Source: Meiothermus sp. (GTDB taxonomy: Bacteria; Deinococcota; Deinococci; Deinococcales; Thermaceae). From it: a stretch of DNA of 64,000 bases. Of the stretch, positions 1 to 9,050 are shown piece after piece; positions within the stretch are counted from its first letter, which is position 1, and each line of letters begins with the position of its first letter. The translations under genes were made by a program, and so were the position numbers. The DNA lies in contig JANRLD010000071.1 in assembly GCA_033762915.1 (NCBI GenBank), positions 10,372 through 74,371 of the forward strand. Direction: 5' to 3'. Under the pieces are notes generated by a model. That model worked only from the letters and a program-made list of their open reading frames with translations. It was not told the origin of the DNA and did not search any database.

Positions 1-600
1 ACCGATCTCGAGGCCGATGGTGCGGCCGTGGAGCGGATGTACCTGGAGGTTGTGTGTGAGGTAACGGGCAGCGTTCAAATCCCGGTCGCAGTAAAGGTCG
101 GGCCGTATTTCTCCAACTTTGCCAACATGGCTTCCAAGCTGGTGCGGTCTGGGGCCAAAGGCCTGGTGCTGTTCAATCGCTTTTACCAGCCAGACTTCGA
201 CATGGACAACCTCGAGGTCACCCCCAACCTCGTGCTCAGCCGACCCGAGGAACTGCGACTGCCCCTGACCTGGGTGGCGGTTCTGTACGGTCGGGTTCCA
301 GCTGATCTCGCCATCACCAGCGGGGTCCACTCCCACCTCGAGGTACTCAAGGGCCTGATGGCCGGGGCTAGCGTGACCATGCTGGCCTCGGAACTGCTCA
401 AACACGGGCCTGGGCGGCTGGCTGACATCCGGCGGGACCTGGCGGATTGGATGGAAGACCATGAGTACGAGTCGGTCTGGCAAATGCAGGGCAGCATGAG
501 CCAGCGGCATGTCGCCAACCCCGACGCCTTCGAGCGGGCCAATTACATGAAGGTGCTCCGCTCCTGGCGACCCGACCCGACTGGGATGTTGATTAAGTGA
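1..600 (+). CDS. Dihydroorotate dehydrogenase-like flavoprotein, C-terminal part (5' truncated by window)
   Basis: Frame open from base 1; [24 protein letters not shown] and FERANY motifs typical of the DHOD-like family. Confidence 0.85.
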   Translation, partial: TDLEADGAAVERMYLEVVCEVTGSVQIPVAVKVGPYFSNFANMASKLVRSGAKGLVLFNRFYQPDFDMDNLEVTPNLVLSRPEELRLPLTWVAVLYGRVPADLAITSGVHSHLEVLKGLMAGASVTMLASELLKHGPGRLADIRRDLADWMEDHEYESVWQMQGSMSQRHVANPDAFERANYMKVLRSWRPDPTGMLIK

Positions 601-737
601 GGTAGTTCAAGGTCTTATCAAGGACAAGCATCAGCACTATGGATTTGACGGTAACTCCAATGTAAATGGTACCCGAAGCAACCAGATAAAGACGTGCCCC
701 TCGAGATCTGGCTCGAGGGGCTTTACAACCGATCCAG

Positions 738-2141
738 TTACCGTCCCAAGAAACGCTCAGTGAGTACGTGCACGCTGTTGGCAACGGTCAGAGGACCATG
801 TACCACGCGGTATTCGCGGTACCAACCCGTCACGGTGATGCGGCCTTCACCATCGACTACCACGTCTGTTGCAATGTAGTCCGAGTGGTCGTTATTGGTT
901 CGAGTCACGACTCCTTGGGTGCCAAAGCTCAAGTCGGCACTGCCATCGGGGTTGAGTCGAGCGACTACCAGTGTGTCCCAGATGACCTTAGGTACCATGC
1001 CAATCATCCCCTGACGCAACGACAAGCCGCTTACTAGTATCTTCCCATCATGTTGTGTCGTCACGTCTGTTGGAATGAAGGTTTGGCGGCCTGGGATCGC
1101 AACTCTGGCGAAGCCACCGGAGCCAAAAGTAGCGTCCAACCGACCGTCGGTCTCGAAGCGAGCTACGCCACCCGGGATTTCCTGTGAGTTGTTGGACCGG
1201 TTGTAACCGACAAATAGGATCTTGCCATCGGGCTGAAGTTGCAGTTTCCCAAGAGAAGTACGGATTCCTGCGTCCTCCGTGGTCACCTTGCCTTCTTGGC
1301 CAAAAGTTGGGTCTGTGCGGCCGTCGGGAAGGTATCGGGCAAGTGCGGCGCTGCTTGTCTTGAAGTCGCGGGATAAGTTGACCCCGCCTACGACGATCTT
1401 TCCGTCGGTCTGGATGGCCATCGTGACGCCCCTACTGTTGTCACGGAAAACGTCAATCACCACGCCTTCGTTTCCGAAACTGCGGTCGAGTGAGCCGTCG
1501 GGGTTTACCCGGACAACTGCGTAGCGAATTTCGATTGGCTGTCCACGTTGATTTACCATGGTGCCGGCAAATACGATCTTTCCATCAGCCTGAATGCCAA
1601 TGTCTATGAACTCGGCATTCCCGCAGGAAACGTCAGTGATAACCTGACCGCCTTGGCCAAAGTCCGGATTTAGGCTACCGTCAGGCTGGTACTGAGCCAG
1701 TGCAAATGCCGGTCCGCGCACTGTCACACACCCCAAGGCGGTGATTTTGCCGTCCGGGTGTATCACGAGCGCACCAGCAGTGTCCACGGCGTCACCGAAT
1801 GAGGTATGGACAAAGCCACCTTGACCGAAGGTGGGGTCGAGCTGCCCCGTTCGGGTGAAACGTGCAAGCGCGAATACACCATATGGCCATACCGGGGAGA
1901 GGCTATTGTTCGCTGAGCCGACCACTACAAGCTTGCCGTCGGGCTGTAGCGCCCCACCCCACGCCGACATGTATTTGTAGGTCGGGTTGGAGGTGATGAC
2001 CCCGCTGCCGCCGTTCCAGTCGGGGTCGGGATTGCCGGCCTTGCCGACTTGGGCTAGTACCGTTGAGCCCGCACCCCAAACAAAGAAGCTGAGTCCTGCC
2101 GCGAGAAAGAGCTTTGAAAAAACTCGAGACGGCCCTCTCAT
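738..2141 (-). CDS. Secreted delta-60 repeat (DUF5122-like beta-propeller) protein
   Basis: Signal peptide after GGAGGG-ATG; about seven repeats of QPDGKI(V/L)..G....ARxxxDGxLDxxFGxxG. Confidence 0.85.
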   Translation of the reverse strand: MRGPSRVFSKLFLAAGLSFFVWGAGSTVLAQVGKAGNPDPDWNGGSGVITSNPTYKYMSAWGGALQPDGKLVVVGSANNSLSPVWPYGVFALARFTRTGQLDPTFGQGGFVHTSFGDAVDTAGALVIHPDGKITALGCVTVRGPAFALAQYQPDGSLNPDFGQGGQVITDVSCGNAEFIDIGIQADGKIVFAGTMVNQRGQPIEIRYAVVRVNPDGSLDRSFGNEGVVIDVFRDNSRGVTMAIQTDGKIVVGGVNLSRDFKTSSAALARYLPDGRTDPTFGQEGKVTTEDAGIRTSLGKLQLQPDGKILFVGYNRSNNSQEIPGGVARFETDGRLDATFGSGGFARVAIPGRQTFIPTDVTTQHDGKILVSGLSLRQGMIGMVPKVIWDTLVVARLNPDGSADLSFGTQGVVTRTNNDHSDYIATDVVVDGEGRITVTGWYREYRVVHGPLTVANSVHVLTERFLGR

Positions 2142-2379
2142 AGAACCCTCCGTCCACAAGCTGGCCTCTCTGTGACTGCCTTCCACTCCGCAGTGGTCAC
2201 GTCCGCATGACCCTCTCGCCAGCGGCAACATTTATGAGTGCCACCCGTGGATCGCAAACAATTTTACGTCAGGGCACGATGCTCGAGTGTGTAACCGGTT
2301 CGTAATGGGGAGGGAATACAAGATAGTTTGAGAGAGTGTTTCCCGAACCGCACACTCTTTAGACCGAAGGAAAGAAGTA

Positions 2380-2402
2380 GCCCCAGGCGCAATGCCTGGG
2401 GC
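2380..2402 (-). terminator. Intrinsic terminator downstream of the tRNA pair
   Basis: GCCCCAGGC-GCAAT-GCCTGGGGC perfect stem with a T-rich tract on the minus strand. Confidence 0.7.
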
Positions 2403-2409
2403 AGGTTTT

Positions 2410-2485
2410 TGGAGCGGGAGACGAGGCTCGAACTCGCGACATCAAGCTTGGAAGGCTAGTGCTCTACCAACTGAGCTACTCCCGC
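2410..2485 (-). tRNA. tRNA-Gly (anticodon TCC)
   Basis: Minus strand GCGGGAGTAGCTCAGTTGGTAGAGC...CTTCCAA...GTTCGAG...CCCGCTCCA, 76 nt, encoded CCA. Confidence 0.97.
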
Positions 2486-2494
2486 ACGGTTTCA

Positions 2495-2571
2495 TGGTCG
2501 GGGATGCTGGATTCGAACCAACGACCCTCTGCTCCCAAAGCAGATGCGCTACCAGACTGCGCTAATCCCCG
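2495..2571 (-). tRNA. tRNA-Pro (anticodon TGG)
   Basis: Minus strand CGGGGATTAGCGCAGTCTGGTAGCGC...TTTGGGA...GTTCGAATCC...CCCCGACCA, 77 nt. Confidence 0.97.
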
Positions 2572-3197
2572 CCGAAACTGCTTTATCTCTTACCAGACCG
2601 CACTTTTGTCTCTAGAGGACAGCTTTTTTGGTTGCCCTAAGGGCCACCTGCGGCCCTCATTCGGCTGTCCGACTGTGTATTGTAGCATCCGACCATTGCT
2701 CCGTCTAGGCGGTTTGTGGGCCGCCAGCTAAGGGGAACCCCGACGGTGCCGAAACGTGGGCTGGGCAGGTGCACCAATGCGATCCAACAACACCCAATAT
2801 GGGTTGCCCGCTCGAGGCATATCACCTTTGAGGCCCGGCTTTGGCCCTGCCACCAGGATAAGCATGCCCATTCCAAAGAGGATTTAAATTGTCGGTAACA
2901 GTGAAAACCTGAATATGCCTGTAGGAATGAAAGAAGAAGCTTTGATGCTTCTTGGGACGGCGCTGTAGACAAACCTCGAGCTTCTCCTCTAGTTCACTCG
3001 ACTACAAGAATCACCCCGAGTTTTCCGTGCAACCCCTCGTGAGTGGTGAAGTACTACCGCTTTCGCGGCACAAACGCAGTCAGAGATTCCGTCGTTAGAG
3101 AGTTTGAAAAGAATCTCGAGAAATTGTCGTACAACCTGCCTCTCAGACTGCTGGGAGTGGTTGCTGGGTGCCTTGGTTTGGCCTGCAGACACCTCCC

Positions 3198-3947
3198 TCA
3201 GGCCGAAACGCGGGTGCCTGCTGTGCCCGCCAATACGGACTGTAAGACACCTCTCGAGCCCTTCGCGATGGCTGCCCAGGGAGCGCCATGAGCCACCGCG
3301 TTGAGCGCCGACTCGACCTTGGGGATCATGCCGCCGGAAATGGTTCCCTCTGCAATCAGGCTCTCGATTTGGGCCCGGGTCAACTGGGCGAATCGGGTTG
3401 AGGGGTTTTTGGGGTCGCGCAGGACCCCGGTAACGTCGGTCAGAAAGACCGCAGGAAGGCCCAGTGCCCCCGCGACACTGCCCGCTGCCATATCGGCATT
3501 GATATTGAGCGGGCCTTGTGAATCCAGACCGATTGGGGCAATTAAGGGGGTCAGGCCCGCATCAAGCAGTGCTCTCAACATCCCCGCGTTTACCCCCCGG
3601 ACCTCGCCCACCCGCCCTAGCTCGGCCTCGAGCAAGGTGGCCTCGAGCAGTCCAGCATCGCGCCCGGTGAGCGCCAACGCCGCCCGCCCGCGCCCGCTCA
3701 GCCCGTGGGCCAGGCTTTTCCCGAGGGTGGTGAGCACCATCTCCACCACCTCCATCTGCTCGGGCGGGGTCACCCTCAGCCCATTGTGAAAGCGCGTCTC
3801 GAACCCCATCCGCCCCAGCCACTCGCCGATGTTTGGGCCGCCACCGTGCACCAGTACCAGCTGTCCTGGATAGCCCGCGACCTCATCCAGCAACTCGCCT
3901 GCGCCTTTGAGACTGCCACCAATCTTTATCAGGAGGGGTTCGGACAT
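3198..3947 (-). CDS. argB: Acetylglutamate kinase
   Basis: IKIGGS, VLVHGGG, GLRVT, NINAD, LTDVxGV and GGMIPKV motifs; start reassigned to ATG 3947 (TAGACT 7 nt upstream). Confidence 0.88.
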   Translation of the reverse strand: MSEPLLIKIGGSLKGAGELLDEVAGYPGQLVLVHGGGPNIGEWLGRMGFETRFHNGLRVTPPEQMEVVEMVLTTLGKSLAHGLSGRGRAALALTGRDAGLLEATLLEAELGRVGEVRGVNAGMLRALLDAGLTPLIAPIGLDSQGPLNINADMAAGSVAGALGLPAVFLTDVTGVLRDPKNPSTRFAQLTRAQIESLIAEGTISGGMIPKVESALNAVAHGAPWAAIAKGSRGVLQSVLAGTAGTRVSA

Positions 3948-4119
3948 GGGGGAGAGTCTAGCAGGGGAGACCGGGGGATGGGGAGGTGGGGGGAACAAGG
4001 TCGACCTGTATGCCTGGTTTAGATGTAAAGAGGTTGCACCCCGGAACTCTGATAGGGGTCTACGGGCGCATCGCCCTGGGTTGCTTCCCGTCACCCGTGG
4101 CACGCTATAAGCTATTCTC

Positions 4120-5160
4120 ATGAGTACCCATTCCGCTGTCTCGACGGAGTCGGAGCCGCAGAAGGTCTCGAGCTGGGAGGGTGGGCCGGTTGCGGTGTTG
4201 GGGGCGGGAGCTTGGGGAACAGCTCTGGCGCTGCTGGCCTCGAGCAAGGGGATACCCACCTACCTTTGGGCCAGGAGGCCCGAACAAGCCGAGCAGATGG
4301 CTCGGGAGCGGAGGAACCTCGAGTACCTTCCCCAGGCCCCCTTCCCCGACGCCCTAACGCCCACGGCCGACGCCGAACTCGCGATGAGCCAGGCCGAGTT
4401 GGTGGTGGTGGCGGTGCCGTCCAAGGCCCTCCAGGAGACCCTGCAAGCTCTGCCCAGGGCCAACGCCTACCTTTCGGTAACTAAGGGGCTGCGCTTCTCC
4501 GATCATCACCTCTCGAGGATGAGCGAGGTTGTACAGAACGTGACTGGGGTGGGGCGGGTGGCGGTGCTCTCGGGACCGAACCTGGCCGATGAGATCGCCC
4601 GCTTTCTGCCCGCCACCGCCGTGACCGCCTCGCTTGACGCGGTGCTGTCGAGACGGGTGCAGCAAATCTTCTCCGGTCAAAGCTTCAGGGTGTACACCTC
4701 GAGTGATACCGTAGGGGTAGAGCTCGGCGGGGCGCTAAAAAACGTCATCGCGTTGGCTGCCGGAATGGTGGACGGCTTGGGGTTGGGAGACAACGCCAAG
4801 GCCTCACTCATCACCCGGGGGCTGCGGGAGATCGTCAAGTTCGGACTGGCTCAGGGTGCACAAGCCGAGACCTTTTACGGGCTCTCCGGTCTAGGCGACC
4901 TGATCGCCACTTGTGCCTCTCCCCATTCCCGAAACCGTGGCGCAGGCGAGCGCATCGTGAAGGGAGAGACGCTGGGTCAACTCGAGGCGCAGAAGTCTGT
5001 GGTCGAGGGCATTTATACGGTTCGAGCGCTCCACGCTTGGGACAAACAGACCGGGGCCGACCTCCCTATCACCGAGGCCGTATACCGCGTCGTGTACGAG
5101 GGCGCCGACCCCCGCTCCGAGCTAAGCCGGCTGATGGGGCGCGAGAGCAAGGCCGAATAG
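4120..5160 (+). CDS. gpsA: NAD(P)H-dependent glycerol-3-phosphate dehydrogenase
   Basis: GAGAWGTALA, SGPNLA, GVELGGALKNVIA, GLGDLIATC and SRNR motifs. Confidence 0.96.
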   Translation: MSTHSAVSTESEPQKVSSWEGGPVAVLGAGAWGTALALLASSKGIPTYLWARRPEQAEQMARERRNLEYLPQAPFPDALTPTADAELAMSQAELVVVAVPSKALQETLQALPRANAYLSVTKGLRFSDHHLSRMSEVVQNVTGVGRVAVLSGPNLADEIARFLPATAVTASLDAVLSRRVQQIFSGQSFRVYTSSDTVGVELGGALKNVIALAAGMVDGLGLGDNAKASLITRGLREIVKFGLAQGAQAETFYGLSGLGDLIATCASPHSRNRGAGERIVKGETLGQLEAQKSVVEGIYTVRALHAWDKQTGADLPITEAVYRVVYEGADPRSELSRLMGRESKAE

Positions 5161-5169
5161 GGACTCACA

Positions 5170-5232
5170 GCGTTTCCCACGAATACCCCGCACATCTGAA
5201 TCTCTGCGTGTGTGGTAATCGTGGGAACCGCT
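5170..5232. repeat. Palindromic intergenic repeat, variant copy (shared termini, different interior)
   Basis: GCGTTTCCCAC...GTGGGAACCGCT termini shared with copies at 15981, 40559, 52891 and 55833; folds as one long hairpin. Confidence 0.65.
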
Positions 5233-5312
5233 TTCAGGGGCAGGTGAAGGGAAGGGAGATTGGATAGGCCAGATCGGGTTCTCCCGCGACTCTCTCCAAC
5301 CCTCCAGATACC

Positions 5313-6080
5313 TTAAGCGAACCGCGCCGCGGCTTCAATGGCCACGTCGATGGCCCGCTGGACCGCGAGGCCCTTGGACTCCATCACCGGTTGCTCGGCT
5401 CGAGTCCGCTGGGCGATGACGCCGCAAACGCACGCCGCGGCGAATCCGTAGACATTGCCCATCTTGAACAGGGTGCCCGACTCCATCTCGTAGTTGATGA
5501 CCCGCAGGTTGCGGTACTCCTCGGTGATGCCCTGCAAAGATCGCATGAGGTGGGGGTTGGCCGAGCCGGTGCGCTCCTGGCCCTCGTAAAAAGTGTCCAC
5601 CGAGGCGGTGACCCCCAGGGCATAATCGATGCCTAGCTTTTGCGCGGCCTCGACCAAGGCCACCGTTACAAAGGGGTCGGCGCTGGCCGGGTACTCCGGC
5701 GGGGCGATGTCGTCGGCGGCCCCCTGCCGGCACAGCGAGGCCTTGGAGATGGCGACACTTCCAGGTAGCACGTCGTCCTGGATTGAACCGCAAGTTCCCA
5801 CGCGGATGATGGTCCGGATACCCACCTGTACCAGCTCGTTGACCACGATGCTCAGGGACGGTGCGCCCATACCGCTGGTGCTCGAGAGCACCGGCTGTCC
5901 GCCCGGCAGCATCCCGATGTAACTATTGAGGCCCCGGTTCTCCGAAAGGGCTCTCGAGCCGGTCAGCTTGGTCTGGGCGATCAAGGTGGCGCGGTTGGGG
6001 TCGCCGCTGAGAATGGCCACGGTAGGGCGGTGGTCGCCCAGGTCTTCGGGGCCAAAACCGATGTGATAAAGCTCTGCCAT
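5313..6080 (-). CDS. udp: Uridine phosphorylase-like nucleoside phosphorylase (PNP/UDP family)
   Basis: GDPNR, STSGMGAPS, IRVGTCGSIQ, DTFYEGQER and NYEME motifs. Confidence 0.85.
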   Translation of the reverse strand: MAELYHIGFGPEDLGDHRPTVAILSGDPNRATLIAQTKLTGSRALSENRGLNSYIGMLPGGQPVLSSTSGMGAPSLSIVVNELVQVGIRTIIRVGTCGSIQDDVLPGSVAISKASLCRQGAADDIAPPEYPASADPFVTVALVEAAQKLGIDYALGVTASVDTFYEGQERTGSANPHLMRSLQGITEEYRNLRVINYEMESGTLFKMGNVYGFAAACVCGVIAQRTRAEQPVMESKGLAVQRAIDVAIEAAARFA

Positions 6081-6220
6081 GCGCTTATTATGCGGGATTG
6101 CCACCGGTAAACACAGCCCGCTGTCTCGAGGTCGTGCCCGGACTCAACACCCTGGCCCGGTCTAGAAACGTGCGCCCTTCCGAAAAAGGTTTAGATTCGC
6201 CGATGAGTTCAGAGCGGGGC

Positions 6221-7435
6221 CTACTCGAGTTCACTCCCGGCGGGGTACACCCACCGGATGCCCCAGAAGATCACAACGGCCATAACGTAGGCGGCGGCAA
6301 TGACGATTGCCAAGGGCAGGGCGGAGTTGAGGGGAAACAGCCCAAGCACCGCCCCCGCCAGGGCCCCAACCCCCGTGCCCAGCGCCCCCAGCAGCGAGGA
6401 GGCCAGCCCGGCCCGTTCGGGGTAGGGGGCCAGCACCGCCGCAAGCGCGTTGGGGCGCACCAGGCCGCTACCGGCCACGCACACAAAAAGCAGCCCCCAA
6501 ACCACCCACATCCCGCCCAGCCCGGTCGAGGCCGCCCCCACTAACAACACCGACGCCACCGCCATTACCGCCATGCTGCGGGTAAGGATTTGGGTGCCGG
6601 TATAGCGGCCCAGCAGCCAGGTGTTGAGTTGCGCGGCGGCAATTAGGCCGAAGGCGTTGAGACCGAAAACAAAGCCAAAGTTCTGTGCCGAAACGCCGTA
6701 GACGCCTATGAAAACCAACGAGGCACCCGAGAGATAGGCAAAGAAGCCCGCGCCCATCAGGCTTTGGGGCAGGGCAAAGCGTTGGAAGCGGAGGTCGGCT
6801 AAGAGCCGCAGGTAGTCCGGCAGAACCGCGCTTAGGGGGGTTTTGGTGCGCCTCGAAGGTGGAAGGCTCTCAGGCAGCGCGAAGGCCACCAGCCCAATGC
6901 AGACCAGCCCGTACACCACCAGAATCCCAAAGACCATCCGCCAATCGCCGTAGAGCAGTATCTGCCCACCCAGCAGAGGCGCAAGTACCGGGGCCACCCC
7001 CATCACCAGCATCAGGTAAGAGAGCACCCGCGCAGAGTCGCGCACGTCAAAGAGGTCGCGCACCACCGAGAGCGTGGTCACCATACCCACCGAGGCCCCC
7101 AGAGCCTGTAAAAGCCGCAAGGCGATCAGGCTCTCCATGTTTGGGGCCAGAGCGCAGCCCAGCGAAGCCAGGGTGTAAAGCCCGCAGCCGAACAGTAGCG
7201 GTCGGCGGCGTCCCACCCGGTCGCTGAGCGGGCCGTAAAACAGTTGACCCAACGCCAGGCCGAAAAAATAAATCGCCATGCTCTGTTGCACGTGCGGGCT
7301 GACGAACTCCTGGGCGATGGTAGGCAGGGCCGGCAAGTAGAGGTCGGTAGTGAGCGGGCCGAAGGCCGAGAGGGTGCCAAGGATTAGAATCAGGCGGACG
7401 GTGGGGACTCCGGCTCGGTTGGGGGTATTGGTCAT
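6221..7435 (-). CDS. Bcr/CflA family MFS multidrug efflux transporter
   Basis: DLYLPALP and GPLSDRVGRRRPLL (MFS motif A), about 12 hydrophobic helices. Confidence 0.9.
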   Translation of the reverse strand: MTNTPNRAGVPTVRLILILGTLSAFGPLTTDLYLPALPTIAQEFVSPHVQQSMAIYFFGLALGQLFYGPLSDRVGRRRPLLFGCGLYTLASLGCALAPNMESLIALRLLQALGASVGMVTTLSVVRDLFDVRDSARVLSYLMLVMGVAPVLAPLLGGQILLYGDWRMVFGILVVYGLVCIGLVAFALPESLPPSRRTKTPLSAVLPDYLRLLADLRFQRFALPQSLMGAGFFAYLSGASLVFIGVYGVSAQNFGFVFGLNAFGLIAAAQLNTWLLGRYTGTQILTRSMAVMAVASVLLVGAASTGLGGMWVVWGLLFVCVAGSGLVRPNALAAVLAPYPERAGLASSLLGALGTGVGALAGAVLGLFPLNSALPLAIVIAAAYVMAVVIFWGIRWVYPAGSELE

Positions 7436-7581
7436 CAGGGGCACGGCTCCGGTCTGTGACCAGTCTACGCTGCCGCCCAGGGAAAGCCGCCCCGGTCTCG
7501 AGTGCGAAAACTTGACCTTGACTTGACGTGGGGACACTTACCAAGTACTGCGCTGTAGAGGTGCTCTTGAGGCAGGGCACC

Positions 7582-7624
7582 AAAAAACTCGAGACGCGCA
7601 CGACGGTGCATGCTGCGTCTCGAG
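7582..7624 (-). terminator. Intrinsic terminator downstream of the esterase genes
   Basis: CTCGAGACGC/GCGTCTCGAG 10-bp stem followed by T6 on the minus strand. Confidence 0.6.
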
Positions 7625-7807
7625 CCGAAGTTGTCGCTTAGCCTAGGGCTGGAACCTCTACTGAGCGCCGGTAATCAGGTGGCCAACGAGGCGTTTACCA
7701 GGATGGGTTAAACCGCCCGACCGATCGGACACTTGCCTTCCGACCTGCCCCTCAAGTCGAGCTTCCGAATAGGCGTCTGTGGCCACGGTGGCCCTGTGTT
7801 GAGCAGC

Positions 7808-8875
7808 CTAGCGCGGCGGAGAAACGTCCGGGGCGCTTCCGGTCTGGATCAGCCGGGCAACCCACTCGGCAAAGCTCACGTCGCCGACGCGAAGGGTGTA
7901 AAACTCCGGCCTCGGGATGACGCAGTGCTGCGAGCCGGGGGCCAGGTAGCTCGAGAAACGACCGGCAAAGGCCTGCTCGATCCTTCCCAGGTTGCCCAGC
8001 GCTCCCTGCACCCACTCGGTCGCAGTGGCCTGACCGATCTGATCGGGGGTTTGGCCCTTCATCAGGCCGTAGAAGCCAATCTGTACCGAGTCCAGGGCGG
8101 TGGAGTACTGGGCCATAAAGTTGTTGGGGAAGGCCCGCAGCGTGGAGACGTACAGCGTGGCAAGATCGAACCCGGCCACGTTGGAGCGGACGGCCTCGAG
8201 TTCGGGGATGAAGCTGGGCAGCCAGCTCGTGATGTTCCAGTTGGCGTAGCCCACGTTTCTGAACGCCTCGTTGGTCACGCCCAGTCCGGCGTCGCCGAGT
8301 TGCACTACCCGTACGTTGGGGTACTGACGCATGATGTACGGCGACCAAGCGGCAGCCCCGTAAGCGCCCGCGCTACACCCGGTCACGAACACGTTTTGCG
8401 GCGCGGTGAGGTTCCTGAACACCCAGTCCAGCGCGGCCCTGGCGTTCACCGCGCCCTTGTGCTGAACGGTGGCGGTGGCGTACTGCTTGGCGTTGTTGCC
8501 CACGTGGATGTCGGCGGTGCAATAGGGAATGAAGACGTGGGTCCAGTCGCGTAGCGGGTTGAACTGACTGGCGCGGTTGTAGATGCCCTGAGCGCCCCGC
8601 AGGTCTCCAACCTGGAGGGTACGGGTAAAGGTGGTGGATTGCGGGCTACAGGTCCCGTCGTTCCAACAGGCCCCTCCGCCCTGGAAGTCGATCACGATGC
8701 GCTGGGGGTTGCCCAATGCGACGTAGAACTTCCACGGTGAGCCGTCGGAGCACATGGTGCCCTCCGGCCCGGCGATCTCCTGCCAGCCACTGGAGGCCGC
8801 AATACCCTGGGGCTGCGACTGCGCCCAGCCCAAACCTAGAACCAAGACCACTAACACGCCAAGCCAACGCTGCAT
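7808..8875 (-). CDS. Secreted pectinacetylesterase/Notum family hydrolase
   Basis: Signal peptide; CSDGS, FQGGGACW, PYCTADIH, GCSAG nucleophile elbow, HC motif. Confidence 0.88.
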   Translation of the reverse strand: MQRWLGVLVVLVLGLGWAQSQPQGIAASSGWQEIAGPEGTMCSDGSPWKFYVALGNPQRIVIDFQGGGACWNDGTCSPQSTTFTRTLQVGDLRGAQGIYNRASQFNPLRDWTHVFIPYCTADIHVGNNAKQYATATVQHKGAVNARAALDWVFRNLTAPQNVFVTGCSAGAYGAAAWSPYIMRQYPNVRVVQLGDAGLGVTNEAFRNVGYANWNITSWLPSFIPELEAVRSNVAGFDLATLYVSTLRAFPNNFMAQYSTALDSVQIGFYGLMKGQTPDQIGQATATEWVQGALGNLGRIEQAFAGRFSSYLAPGSQHCVIPRPEFYTLRVGDVSFAEWVARLIQTGSAPDVSPPR

Positions 8876-9050
8876 AGACTTCCTCCTGATTCTTGAAGCG
8901 CCTTAGTGTATAGCTGTTGCCAATCAACTATGGGCGATGAGACCTAATTTGGCCACTTAAAGCTCGAGATGTTCCTACGTCTTGAGCTAACCCGACCCCT
9001 AAACCGCTGTTGCATGCCTAAGCCCGCGTCCACTTGCGGAGACCCGGCGG

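Noticed and set aside
2459..2731. 90-aa ORF over the tRNA genes
   Set aside because: Antisense reading of the tRNA sequences
3948..4259. N-terminal extensions of the longest ORFs for argB, purH, accB and sua5
   Set aside because: They overlap neighbouring genes or promoters; family homology begins at the downstream starts
7511..7545. MerR-type promoter/operator (TTGACCTTGACTTGACGTGGGG)
   Set aside because: Dyad is weak, there is no good -10 box at 19-bp spacing and no gene follows on that strand
7555..7661. Lysine riboswitch (AGAGGTGC...GCCGAA...CTCTAC on the plus strand)
   Set aside because: Too short, lacks the other conserved stems and has no downstream gene on that strand
7730..7755. 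SRP RNA-like motif CAGGTCGGAAGG on the minus strand
   Set aside because: Only a partial match, without the flanking long stem
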